A stretch of 64,000 bases of DNA from Klebsormidium nitens (Eukaryota > Plantae > Klebsormidiophyceae). Shown in pieces: positions 44,622-58,600 of this stretch; positions within the stretch are counted from its first letter, which is position 1, and each line of letters starts with the position of its first letter. Below the pieces are notes generated by a model. That model saw only the letters and a list, made by a program, of their open reading frames with translations. It was not told the origin of the DNA and did not search any database. The position numbers were made by a program, and so were the translations under genes. Location of the stretch: the NCBI GenBank assembly GCA_000708835.1, contig DF236960.1:276982-340981 (forward strand), written 5' to 3'.

Positions 44622-46622
44622 CCTCAGAGCTGCGACTGAGTTATGGTCGTTGACGTCAAGGTCTGCTAATAATTAGCATGTACGGCGTCACGACGTGACC
44701 CTGTTGGGTTGCGCTGATTCTCTATTTATGAGCAGAGTCTTGAAAGGGTTGTGTAGACCTTTGCCTAATATAGGTATTTGAACTGGAAACGGGTTCTGTA
44801 TGCCAAAGATGACAACAGGCGACAGTCGACAATTTTGATCAATACACTAGTAGATCGATGCACCAACACAGTATCAGCATAGGACCCTGATCGACTCGAT
44901 GAATCATCGAAGCCGAATTAGTCGAAGTTGAAGGGCGTTTCGATGGGTAGTTTCGTTTTCGTTGAGGATTATTGGATTGATGCAGGGAGCATTGATAGCT
45001 GGTTGAAATGTTAAATTCGAGTAATCAAAGAGAGTCAAAAGGTCAAACCTTTTGCACGAGGCAGGGACGGCCGGATCTCTAGCTAGCTGTTTTGTAGATC
45101 GACAAGAACTAAGATTCTGGTGTATTTGAATAGCAGCTAGAGAGCGACATTGACTAGGACTGCAACAGAGGAATCCGTAGTTGAGCGCTAATATTGATTG
45201 CGGAGAAGGAGAAGAGTACAGTTGGATAAGTTAAGGTACGGCCGGCCGGCAACAGCAGTAATTGTATAGACCGTGAAGAAGGGTAAGTCGGACTAGTTCC
45301 ACTAGTCTGTTATTTTGGACTGCTGGCATGCTGACAACCAGCAGACAACAGCCTCCATCATTGGCCAACTTAAAGGAACATCAAGTAAAACTCATGTAGG
45401 AGATCGTATCTCATCATGGCATGACAACGGGATCTAGAGTTTGACGGATTAGTGATGAGCTCTTCAAGAGCCAAGCTAGCTGAGCCGGCGGCCTATATAT
45501 ATAGGTACTAGTCTGTGCGACTCCAAGCTGCTCGGACGTTGACGCCCTTTTCCCCTTTCATACTTCTCGATTCATGACGGTGCATGGGCCGGTGCCACTG
45601 AGCTTGCCAGCTAGCTGTGAGTCACGTCGGACAATCTGCTCTGCATATATGGTCGTTGAACATATATCGCCTTTGCTGTGACGTCTACATTCCCTGGTGT
45701 GAGGCTCACATTCACACTGGTCCGCTGTGACCGGTAACACCAGTGGCTCTTCATTTGTGGTCTGACCCTATGTAGGGTCAGATACTATAAGCTCAGCTAG
45801 TTAGCTGAGCTTGCAAGTTGCAAAGCTAATCAGAGCTACGGGATCAGAGACCAAGCGGCTGCCATTACTGCTCAGGTATGTACCCAGCTCGGTATGTGTA
45901 GTTATGAAGCTGCTAGGTACCTACCTATAAAGGCTTGCAGCCTGCAGCCTGCAGGTCAACTGGGCCGAGCGGCCTGGCTGGGGGAGTGCTCATGGAGCAT
46001 TGTCACTATCTACCGGCGACACGGGACGCGGTAAAGCCTGCAGGATGTCGCCATGCAAACGCCGTTTCCTGAACTGAGAGCGACCATTTCTGCGACACAA
46101 CGGGTACCAAGTCGCTGCTCAAGCGGGGGCATCGCCCCCAGACCTCCGAGACAAGAATGCCATCACTTTTTCAACGTTTGACCCCTCCTTGACACTTGGC
46201 AGGCTGTAAATTTATGTGGTTAATGGCCGTTCGATATTTGGGTGCACGGATCATCGACGACAACGAAGCAATAAAAGATGCACGAGACCCGAGCACGGCG
46301 GTAGAATCTTTTCCAGCTGGCACCAAGTGACAGCTGGCATCCCTGCCTCGCGAGTGACCGCGCTGACTGCTCGACTAGGTCCTACTGACGGAAATCAAGA
46401 ATCCAGCTGAGCTCAAAGCCAAGGGAGATGCTACAGTACATTGCTTCAGGGCCTTTCTCCCATTGCACCGAGGCGCAGGGCAAATGGCGGCTAAAGCCTG
46501 ACCAGGGCAGATACGTCTAAGTCCTAGCTGGAGGAACCAAGTGTGGCGCTTCTCCTTACCCACTCCTGCTCGCATCGTTATCGGTGTAGGTTGCTAGGAA
46601 GGCGGCGCTTCGCATCGCAGCC

Positions 46623-49600
46623 ATGTCTCGTCTGCGGGGTGAGTTTGGCCACGATGGCAGCATGGAGGGCCCTCATGAGACGAAGCTGACGGGTGCGGGG
46701 CAGAGAGTGATGGGCAAAGTAGAGGATGTTCTCAAAGAGAATGACGCGCCCCCCCAGAGGATGGCGGCCCCTGCTGGAGGGCCGGCTGAAACCGAGGGGG
46801 CGGGGTACGGGAACTCCCGCCAAGATGGGCAGTTTGAGCCGACTCCGGCGCCCGCGCACTTGCCTCAGAAACCGGAGCCGGTGGGAGGGGAGGGACAGCA
46901 TGCGGACTTTGAGAATGGGGACATGCACAAGCCGGTGACGGGCAGAGAAGCTGCAGCTGAGGCAAAGCAGTCGAAGCCGCTCGGGGATGAAGAGGGGGAC
47001 GAGATGGGGGACTTATACGGGGCGACAACCCAAGCTGCCGGGGCGGAGCTAGAGCCGGTGCCGTCGGTCATGAGCGAGGAAGGCGCGAAGATGGCGACGT
47101 ACGCGTCGACCCTGACGTTTGAGCGGGTCAGCACGAGGAAGTTCTGGCTGCACGGGGAGCTCGGGGTTGTGGTCTACGAAGCGGTGAACCTGCCGAACAA
47201 GGACCTGTTGAGCGCGGGCATGGAGACCGTGTGCTGCGTGCCGTGCAGGATGTGTGTGAGCAAAGCGGAGGGGGCGTCGAGAAGGATACATAGGTGAACC
47301 AAAATTGCGGCATTCGAAGATCATGACCTGGTGTTCAGCTTGTGATGCTCTAATATGTTGTGGTCTTCAAGTCTTTTGATTTTTGCATTGGAGTGCATTA
47401 GGCATGGTGCGCTGCCCTTCGCAGGAAAATGAAATTGAGCTGAAGATTGTGACATGAGATTTAGCAACGCTCACAACCGCAAGAACTGCTTGAGCAGGCC
47501 TTGTCGCATCCATTTCAAATTGCCAGAGTAGGGTTCAAAACCTCCACTTGTTTAGCATGGATGCTGAATGTTGTTGCTTCGTTGTCAATGAAGAAATGTC
47601 GTGTTCATATGTTCAGCTGATTTTGACAGACATATCAAGGAACAGGAGAGGCGAGCTGGACTGTTTGTCTTGTTGTGCATCGCGCCTCTTTTGCGGGTTG
47701 CTAGGGTGGGATCAGGATGGTTTGTGCGGCCTGTCCGATTAAAAGTGTGATGATTTGGCCCCATTTCTTTTGGTAATGTGCCTCTTTCATGTTAGCTCTG
47801 AGTCTGCTCTTCTCACATTTCCCTGCAAATGCACGGTCCTTTACAAGAAGCAGCGGCAAAGGGACACCTAATTCTTGCAAGCGGATGCATGCAAACCAGC
47901 TAAATGCTGCATTATTAACACAGATTTGCTGGAGAACTTGCGAGCAGAAATTGTGATTGCAAAGTGAGGAAGCCAAGCTTGTGGAGGGATTAGAAGTGGC
48001 TGTAGGTTTCTCCTGCCGCCAGATCTGACAGCTGTCAAATTTGACAATCACAGTTGCAATGGCACATGGTGACGAGTCTTGGCCGATTCCTTCCATCAAG
48101 GATCTCAGTCTCTGACACCACAGGATTGGATTCAGACTTTTCAAAACAGTCACTCACATTTCAGTGTCGAGTCTACAGTGACCCCTATGCCGCCGTTGAC
48201 TTTGGCCCCGCCAGAGTGGCACGTACGCGGGTGATCAAGAATGCCCCCAACCCTCGATGGAATGAGCGATTTACTCTCCCCATTGCGCATGAGGTGAGGA
48301 CGCGCGTTCGCAATTGGACCTCCTTACTCCCCCACTTAACCCTTCTCTGCTTCTTACCGGGTGTCCGATGTTGCACCGACCAATCAACATTGCGCATTTT
48401 CAGGCAGCAATCTTTGGTGGGTGGGACAAACTAAGCAACCTGTGTACCACTTCAAGCCCCCTAATGAAGTTTTCGAAGTTTTCCTTTTCGAAAACAGCCA
48501 TGAAGGGCATCAGATCTGGTAAGTGACAGGCAGAGTACCACAGATGGAGAACTACCCAAGAATGTGGGCGAGCAGCCGAGTATTCCACCTTGCCGCTGAA
48601 AAGACCTTTCGCCCAATCCGACTGCTTTAACAGTACGATGTTGCACTAAATGACATAGCAGACTTGATGATCTGTTATCATTTGTCCATCTGATAATAGC
48701 ACGTGGCTGTGAAAATCACGGGGTTCTTAAATTCTTTGTGCTTTTGCATCCAGCTACTTCTTTTGCAGATTGTTCTATTCTCTACTCTGACTAAACATGG
48801 GGCTGTCAAAATAGAGTATTCCCCTTCGACACTTCATGAAACCGCTAATGTCAAAATGTCTTGTGAAGTAATTCTGATGAATCACTCAGCATATCCCTCA
48901 CTTGAGCACGTCGTCAAAGGCAGTAACAAAGCTTCAGCGATCTTCAGTCAACTTTTTCTTTTGTTCCACGTATAATGCAGCCAATCTTTAAAAAATTTAA
49001 TTGCAAATTTTTTCAATTGGGCACGTGGTCTTCGAATCCAAGGACGCAGATCACGCGGGCCGGCGCACTGAGCTCATCGCCACTGCAAGGACCAGCATTT
49101 TCAGCAACCGATCAGTTGACTACTTGGTTGACAGATGCAGTCGCTAATATCTTGTCTTTTACAAAATATTATAATTTCTTCTCCCCAGATCGAGCACGTA
49201 GTCGTCGAAGTCAAGGACGCGGACTACGCAGGCGCGCAGCTCATCGGGACCGTCAAAATCCCCGCCGAAGTTCTCCTCAAAGAGCGCGAGAAGGAGGGCT
49301 GGTTCGACGTGATCAATACCAACGGGAACCCCGCTGCAGAAGGCGCGAAGATCAAGCTCGGGTTCAAGTATACCCCCATGGACGAAGATGAGATCTACAA
49401 GGGGATGACCCGGGAATCGGCGGTCCCGAGAACGTACTTCCCGCTGCGGAAGGGGGGGCGCGTCACGCTCTATCAGGTGAGAGGCCTTGGATTACACTAG
49501 GGGAGTTGCAATGATAGAGTGCGTCGAGAGGCTGGGAAGTAAAGCATGGCCGTCGGTCATAGGTCTGATAGTTTGGAAGGCGTAGCAAGGGCAAGAAGAG

Positions 49601-52600
49601 TAGCGACGAAAGCCCGGCCCTTCACGAGTTTGGCTGTGAAGGAGGGGCCGGTGGCGTTGTCTCGGGGAAGAGCCGGGATTTTGGGCTGTTCGCGATCAAT
49701 CCTCGAATCATGAGATCCTCTGTGCAGCTCAAGCTATGGCTGGCCCCTTTCTTCCAATACGTTCCTTAACGTCAATCAGATTGATTCCCTTATGCCCATA
49801 CTACAGGGGAATTGGCGTGCCTTGCGAGGGGATCACCTTAAGCAAGATTCGTATATTTTGCGTCTCATTTGCTGGTGCAGCGTTGCGACCGTCTCTTTTG
49901 GATCCTGGGCGCAGAGGGATCCCCCGTTACAGGAGAGGCATCTGACACTCCTCTTTTTATGGTCAAATTCGTCACTGCGCGCCAAACTCCGCAGCCCCCC
50001 CTTAGATAGGTTTCAGTCAGCTGAACTAGATTAACCAGCTGTTGACCAGCAAGTTCAGCGGCAAGTTAAGCAGCGGGACAGTTTAGCAAGCGAAGGCCCG
50101 TACATCCTTTACCCCTTCGTCTCTCACAGGTCGCGGCTACTTCCTTAAGTTGAGCTCGATGTGGCTAACCAGCAAGTTAACTAACAAAAGGAAGTATGAG
50201 AAAAGGCCCTTACATCTGTCAACCCTTCTTTTCCATAGGACGCCCAAGTAAAAGACGGGCTGCTTCCTCAGATCGAGCTCGACATGGCTAACCAGCAGTG
50301 TTAACCAGCTAGGTCAACGTCGTTTACTCTCAATCTGACGAGCAAAGTAGTCATAAATCAGCCCTCATGATTCGTTAACTCTCTTTTTCCCCACAGGACG
50401 CCCACGTGAAAGACGGGTTGCTCCCTCAGATCGAGCTCGACGGCGGCAAGATCTACCAGCCCGGGCGTTGCTGGGAGGACATTTGCAAGGCGATCGTGGA
50501 CGCAAAGTACATGGTCTACATTGTGGGGTGGTCGGTGTTCACCGATATCACCCTGGTGCGCGATCCTGACCGTCCGATGATTCCGCATGGGAACATGAAA
50601 CTGGGAGACCTGCTCAAGTGGAAGGCTAAGCAGGTAAGGTTTTCAGACTTCGAAAATGCATGCTCTCGTTGCTTCCCGCCTCGTAGGTCCGGAGATTCGA
50701 TCTTGCGTAACCCACAATCAGCCGGACTTGTGGTCTGAACGGTTTGATTTACTTATGGGATGGGCTGGAAGTGACGGGATTGAGTTAAAAGACCTAAGCA
50801 GGTGAGGGTTTCGGGACCCGAGCTTTTTGGCACTTGCGTTCAGACGTCCCTTAGGCAGTAGGGTTGTGGAGGAACCAGCTCTTGGGGGAAACCCGATTTA
50901 GCAGAGATGTCGTTGTCCCGCGGGTTGGTCGGTTCATTTCGCTTTGCACGTCGTCATGAAGCTGGGGACCTCCTCATGTGAGGGGCTGAGCAGGTAAAGA
51001 GATTGGGGGCCTGAGGCTCGGACTTCAGCTTCACGTTCGTTTAGAGCCGGTGAATGTCAGATGCTACTTTGCGAAGCCCGCGATCGGCAGAGACTCTGGA
51101 GTAGTGCGGTTTGGTTGGCATGATAGCTTTTGCACGGGGATGTGAGCTGGGAATCTTGGTGACTTGGATGGTTGAGGAGGTGTGTTTAGAAAGTCTAGGG
51201 TCGGCCAGTCAACAAATTACCAATTTTTGCCTAGAACAACTCTGGCGGATCCAACTCCTGTCCAGGGAGGTTTCCTGGTTACTGAGCCGTACGTACATCA
51301 GAACACGGAGCTAGGAAGATCTAAAACTCCCTTCCTCTGCCGACCACTACACATCCCAAAGGGCTGCTTTTGCATCCACTCGGGCATAAAGCACCACTCT
51401 TCAAGCGTAGCATCCTCTCCAAGACAATACAAGACTCCTGACATCAATTTCTTCCGCATTTTGACTCCGTCAGCTGCGCACGTGCTGCGTGCTGCTGCTC
51501 CTACGAGACAGTAGTACGAGCAAGAACGCCGGCGTTTCAGTCACTAAGACCATCAGAAATTTTCGAACTTTGCGTCTAACATACAAATGAACGCATTGAA
51601 TCAAAGTGGATCTTTTCCATCCTTTCTGCAGAAGTGCCGCGTGCTGCTGATGGTTTGGGACGACCGCACGAGCCAGCGGTTGGAGTTCGTGAAGATCACG
51701 GGGGTGATGGACACACACGACGAGGACACCAAGCGCTTCTTCCGGAGGACCAAGGTCAAATGCAAGCTGGTGCCAAGGTGAGGCTAAGAAAGGTACAGAT
51801 GTCCTAGAAACAAAAGGAACGGGGTCATGATTATGCACATCATTTCCAACAAGCGCTTCTTCCGGGGGACAAGGGTTCAGTGCAAGCTGGTTCCGAGTTG
51901 ACGGTCGGGTGCTTGCTTGATGTATATGTTTCGAAAAATGAAGGGAAAGAAGAGAGTAGATGAAACTGTTTGGGATACGCTAATAAGGTATCAAATAACC
52001 TAGAGCTTGTACATTCCAAAACGGTTGATTTGGCGGCTCCCAGTGGGCAGCATGTCCGTTTCTAAAATTTTGCACGGGATTCTGGATGGAAAGGAAAGAA
52101 AAGCGCAATGAAATGCAAAACAGCTTTTTTTGTTGGGCAAGCCCATCAGTCCGACGAGGAGCAAGCCCACACCTCTGTCTTCCATATCCGCTCTCCAAAC
52201 ACGAGTTCAAAGAAGTGGGAACAGGTTGATCTCGAGAAAAACGTGGCCCGAAACTCTTGCAGGTCGATGAGCGCCATGCGGCGGCTCATGGTCGGCAGCG
52301 GTGGCAAGCCTCTTTTCCGCAAAAAAGGTCGGAATATTTTAGAAACGGAAACGTACACCACAAAGAACAAGAGAAAACGAAAGAAAACTAGAGTCGCAAC
52401 TGAAAAACAAAGGCCTAACGAATCTTCCGTTTGGCAAATTGCACATATCCCGACAAGTCGATGACCGTAATGAGGCGGTCCGTGGTCGGCAGGATGTACA
52501 CCCCTATGCCCTGCCGGCAAGGTTTTCTTAACCCTCAGAAAACGCAACTAGACAAAGAAAACGTCACGAATGAGAGAAAAGGATGACAACCTGCATAACA

Positions 52601-55600
52601 CGCAGGTACCCCGACGAATCAATGAGCACCATGCGGCGGCTCATGGTCGGCAGCATGTACACGCACCACCAGAAGACGGTCATCGTGGATACGCCCGTCC
52701 CGAACGCCGCGCCCGACGGCGCCAACTCGCGCACGCTGCTCGCGTTCCTCGGCGGGATCGACCTGTGCAACCATAGATACGACGACCAGCACCACTCGCT
52801 CTTCCGGTGAGCTTTCGGTTTTCTCAAATTCTAGCTGGGCATGTTTTAGAATGGTTTTACATTTCCGCCCCTAGTGCTCTGGTTTCGGGAATCAACTCAT
52901 TTTTGCACGTTGCTCGCACTGGTGGGCGGCTTGTGCAACCACTGCCAGTGATGCGACGATTAGCTCCAATGGCCCCCCTTCCGATGGGCTTTTGCATTGA
53001 GGTTTTCGATCTGGACAGTTTCTGCATTTCTGTTGCTTTCTTCCCTTTTTCAAATGTGTTCGGGAGCTCTGGACGCTCCACTCACGTCCGTTGTGACGAT
53101 CGATCAAATCAAACAACGGTGCGACGACCAGCGCCACCCGCTTTCTTCTAAGGAGCTCCTGCACACAATTTGTCTCCTCTTTTCCGTTCTACTCTTCGAT
53201 TCTGCTGAGTCAGCGGTGCTCCTCAACCTAAGGTTGTTATCTTGTCTTGAACACATGAAGGATGGTCAGACTGAAAAAGAGAGCTCTTCATTTGAAGAGC
53301 CCGCGAAAGACTAGGACCAGCGCGTCCCTTCGAAGACGGGTGGGGCATGCTATGATCCCCAGGAACCATTTCTGAACACAGAATTTTCCTTGTTGTAGGA
53401 CGATGAACGGGATCAGCAAGGGCGACTTCGAGAACGGCAACATCCCGACCGTGTCCGAAAAGACGGGCGGCCCCCGCGAACCGTGGCATGACATCCACTG
53501 CAAAGTCGAGGGCGCGGCCGCGTGGGACGTCTACACCAACTTCCTGCAGAGGTGGCACAAAGTCAGAAAGGTGGGTTTTAAAATCTTCTGGTTACTTGGC
53601 GCTTTCCTTTAGACCTTACTGTTCTACTTTTGCCGCTTCCTTTTCTGTCCTGTTTTCCTCTTATATGTATTAGTCTTTCTCTCGTTGGGCTCGCGAAACT
53701 TGGGAAGTCATGCGGAAGTCCTGCGGCGTGGGACGTCTACACCAATTTCCAGCAGATGGTGGCACAAAGTCAGAAAGGTGGGCGTTAATTTCTCCAAGGT
53801 TCTTAGTTGATGTTTCGGTTGCTGGTTTGGTCGCGCTTTCAATCGCTCCTAATTTGCCCTTCTCCCTTTTTTTCGAGCCCGCGAGCTCCTTAGACTCCGA
53901 CGGCGCACGTCAAACGTAGGTCATTGGGTGTTCAGTGGGCGTGTGAACTTCACGTTTCTGACACGACGTCGGGACGAGATTGCCGCGAGGTGGCTCAGCG
54001 CAGGCCGCAAGTCTCGTAACCGTGTCGAAGAGTCCAAATGCCGACTCTGTCCATCCTCAGACGTTCCGGCAGCACAACAATCTGAAAAGTGCCAAGACAA
54101 AGGTCTGTGTGGTTCCGGATTTTTAGCCAACGTAGACACATACCCCTGTGAAGGTTCCCGGAAGCTAAAGAATTTGGAAAGAGAATCCGAAACACCAAAA
54201 TCCTGAAACACTCCGTGCAGACCGAGACGTTCCGGCGGCACGGCCTGCTGAAGCTCGCCTAGACAAAGGTCTTCGTAATTCCGGATTTTAGCCAATGTAG
54301 ACACAGACCCATTTTAAGCTTCCCGGAACCTAGAGAATCTGGATATTAAAACCTGAAATCCTAAACTTCTAGATGACTCCGTGCAGACGGAGACGTTCCG
54401 GCGGCACGGCCTGCTGAAGTTTGCCAAGACGAAGGTCTTTGTGATTCACGGTTTTTGCCAATGTAGACACAAATCCATGTCAAACGTTCCCGAAAGCCAA
54501 GGAACCCGAATATGCAAACTTGGAATTCTAAACTCCTGAAGTACTCCGTGCAGACAGAGACGTTCCGGCGGCACGGCCTGCTGAAGCTCGCCACTTAGAG
54601 GAAGGTCTGTGTGGTTCCCGATTGTAGCCAACATAGACACAAACCCATGTTAAGGTTCCCGGAACCGAGAGAATCTGGATATGGAAACCTGAAACCCCAA
54701 AATCCTGAAACACTCCGTGCAGACCGAGACGTTTCGGCGGCACGGCCTGCTGAAGCTCGCCAAGATGAAGGCGTTCGTGGTCCCAGACTTCGGACAGCCG
54801 GACGCGGAGCGCGAGGTGGCGGTCACGTCCGAACAGGACCCTGAGAACTGGCACGTGCAGGTAACTCCAACGTCCCGTTCTCGCAAGGGAAATGAAAATG
54901 TCTGTTGGCTCTTCTGTTTTTTGAAAGAGCTTGAGGCCCGTAGCTGTCGTGGCGAAGCTCTCGCTTTAGAAGGGCGGAAGAATGACTGAGCACGTGGAAG
55001 TTACGAGTATCTCGGATTCGTCGAGATTGTCGGACGGTACAGCACAGTGCGTCGCAGACGTCCACCGTTTCAGGTGTCTCGTGCTATAGAGTTCTTTCAA
55101 TTCTGGCGTCAAAATCGATTGGAGTTTCCTTGTTTCCCCGGAGAATCTGATCACCTTCAGATAGTTATTGCTGACCCAGATTCTCGTAACCCAGTAGCCC
55201 CAGGAGAACCGAAGAAAACAAATATTGGCCATCCTTTGCAGGTGTTCCGGTCCATCGATTCCGGTTCCGTCAAGGGCTTTCCGACGGCGCCGGACGAGGT
55301 GTTCCAGGCGGGACTGGTGGGCGGAAAGGGAACGATCATCGACATGAGCATCCAGGACGCGTACGTGCACGCGATCAGGTATGACGAGAGCAGTTCCGTT
55401 CCCAATCTCCGTTCCGGTCGACATAGCGGACTAGAAGAAGCGTTCCTTGCTTCCTCGCTCTTTACTTATCTTTTTGAGAATAAAGGCTCAGTTAAGCGTG
55501 AATAGCTCAAGCAAGATGGTCCGAGCGGTCGTTGGTTCAAGGGGACTTGCGTACGTAGCTTTCATCAAACAAGCGCCTGAGAGTTAAACGCGCGACCAGT

Positions 55601-58600
55601 ACTTCCCGGGCTCTTGCCACACGTCGAAAACGGCCACCAAGAAAGTTGGCGCCAAGTCAGTCATTCTGCGGATACTTTGCGCAACATAGGCTCATCACTT
55701 CCCGGCAATGTTTCACACCGATTCTAAACCAACTCCTCGCTTCGTTTCAGGCGCGCCCAGCGCTTCATCTACATTGAGAACCAGTACTTCCTGGGCTCCT
55801 GCCACGCCTGGAAGAGCCATCAAGAAGTTGGCGCGTGGAACCTGATCCCCGTCGAAATCGCGCTCAAGATCGTGGGGAAGATTCGGGAGGGGAAGCAGTT
55901 CCGCGCATACGTGCTCGTGCCGATGTGGCCGGAGGGCGACCCGACGTCGGGCTCAGTGCAGGAGATCCTGTTCTGGCAGGTGAGGCTGGTCGCCTTTTTT
56001 TCTGTCAGTAGTTGTTAGTTACTTCTCAGTGGTTAGCGTTTGGTCGGAAAGCGAGCGCTTTTGTGGATACGTCCTGGCGCCGATATGGCCGGAGGGCGAC
56101 CCGACTTTGGGATCCGTGCTGGAGATCCTGGTTTGGTAGGTGGGGTTGGTCGCCCTTTCTTTCCTATTTTTCACCTTTGGGTATGAGTGGACGAATTTCT
56201 ATGGTTTGGTTTCGTTACGTATTAGACGGTGTCTGTTTCTGAAGAAGCCTTTCTTACTGCTTTGGAGGTTACCAGTCTTGGGTTGAAAGAGTCTACTTTT
56301 GGACGGCTGGACTAGTCGATTGTTTTTCTTGTTTTGGAGTTAGGGTCGACAATTGGTCAAAGATTTGCGGATTGCACAGATGTTCTGCTCTCATAGGAAG
56401 CCAATGCCTTGGGTGAGGGCGATTCATGTTCGCCGTCGTGCTCAGGTGCAGTGCACGCGCGACTATTGGGTTTGTCTTCGTCTGTCTGTTTGAGCTCCTA
56501 CCAGAGACTTCTTGATTATCTTTGACTCCGAGTTCCTCCCATCCACCAATCAATCAATTCCCTTTTAGAGATTACTCGATCTGTTTATTACTCCACGACC
56601 ATTTTGCCGGGCCTTCAAGTTTCGCTCCTTCCAATTCTGCTCCTTCGTCAAAAGTTTCTTAAGTTGCCGATCAAGTCCTCGACGACAATCGGTTGGTCTG
56701 CCTCTTTGTTTGTGCCGCCACAGCAGTAAACGGCTTGGCCAGGAAGATTGAACAGCCCGCGAGCTAAATGCTCAACAGGGGGATGTCTCTTACTTATTGC
56801 CACGCGGACTTGATAGTGACAGGCACTACCGGCTTACTGTGAGTGGTCAGGAGGAGAGATGCACTGAGGTTGAGTACCTCAAGCGCCGGTTTACCGGATG
56901 CCGAAGCCACCTTTCTGTTTGCGGACCCTGAAAGATCCGCACTGTAATATTCTAGCCGCTTCAATGTGCCATGGCGGCTTGGATCTTGAGTTCGACTGGC
57001 TCAGTCTCTGCTCCGTGTCTCTTTGGTTCCTTTTCTGCGTCGATCTCTCTTTTCTAGGCGTTGGAAAATTGGTCAATCAATGTGGCAATGACCTTAGCAA
57101 CCCTGGGCTACACAAGCTCAGGGTTGATGGTATCAGCTTACCTGACGATGCCACTCTATTTGTGGATTCGACCGTTCAAACAAGTCAGGACCTCCATTTG
57201 GACGGCATCAAACTGGCGGGGATGCGTGACGTGGCAGTTTGTACTGTCAAGCCTCCGCTTTTTGTATGCTGACGCCAGCAGCAGTACCTCATGGTCAGCA
57301 CGAAGTGGTTTCCTCCATCGGGACAGTTTGTCCAGCTCTTCAGAGATTGACCAGTGGCTACTGTATCTATTTTAATGTGTTCGGCTGAAATCGCCTGTCG
57401 GGGGACACGTGCGCCATTGCTTCAATCCAAGCTGCCGGGGCAGATCTCGGCGCTGCATGCATTGCGCTAAGATTGCACTAAGATTTGAGTTGATGGTCCA
57501 AATTGGCCGCCTGGTGAACTGCCCTTTCTGAGCAGATTGTCGGGTCTGATCAATCGCCTCTCCTACGGAATTGTGGTCCTCATGTAATGAGCACGTGGTC
57601 GAGTTTATTGATCTGGGTTGTGGATCTATCCACCTGGCAAGGACGAGATTCAAAACTGATCTGCCAAAGCTCACCGCTGCGAATCGTAGACAAGTGGATG
57701 CCACTTCCTAGTCGTATAAGAAGACCGACTGTTCCTAGTCACCTCGCATTGAAGACCGGAAACTGTTCTGGTGGTGACGAGAAATTTCCGAGTTGAACAA
57801 CTCAGAACAAGAACCTGATGAAGTTTTTGCCAATGATGCCACCTCGAGTTGCGGATGTTCTGTAGGCTATAAGCAACATTTTAAACAGGCCTTCGCTTTA
57901 GGAATTCTCCGTTCAACGTGCTCTCTTGCGTGCTACTCCCCGAGCGTCGTGCTGTCGTTTATTTCGTTGATTCCTCTGGTTGTTGACGGTGTACCGAGCA
58001 CATTCTGCCTTGCGCTTGCTCGCTTTTAAAAACGTTCAATACAAACTGCGCTTGCGATGAGCTCTGCTCGAAGGTCGTGGAAAGGTGGTGACTGCAACTC
58101 AATGCTTCGCTTCGCCCATTCCTGATTATACTGTTCTCCTTTCGTCCTATAACCCCTTTGTGTCTGTTTGCATTCATCGTATGGCGTTGTGCCTGATGTT
58201 CTGGGATTTTTTTGTTGGATCTGTGGCAGCTCGTCCAGTGCCAGTGACTAGCCGTTTGTTTGCAGACGACTTACTTACTTTAGCTGGCATGTTGAATGTG
58301 ATTCAGGCACGGAGGAAAGCCATCGTAGCTGGGAAGAGCTTTTAGCTGCTCAGCACCTTTTTCTCCAATGCCAGACTTACATACCATTCAAGAAGGTGCT
58401 TGATTATATTCGCGCACGGTTGAGAAGATAAAGAGCCTAATCTCCAAGCGCTGGTCGGAACCCTCTCAACTATTATGTACTGCTGAAGGGTCTGCTACTG
58501 GAAGAGCGCTGTGGGTTATGCTGGCGCGCACTATCGAAATTATTTACATTACCATTACAAGGAACTGGTTGAAAGCCTCTCGACTTTCGCGATCATGTGG

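Noticed and set aside
54050-54722. CRISPR-like appearance of regularly spaced near-identical repeats
   Set aside because: Eukaryotic intron. The 'spacers' are homologous to each other, the repeat is the adjacent exon start, and there are no cas genes.
55980-58290. Long PLD intron possibly harbouring a transposon remnant
   Set aside because: No transposase, RT or integrase motifs, terminal repeats or TSD found by eye. The short ORFs are unrecognisable.
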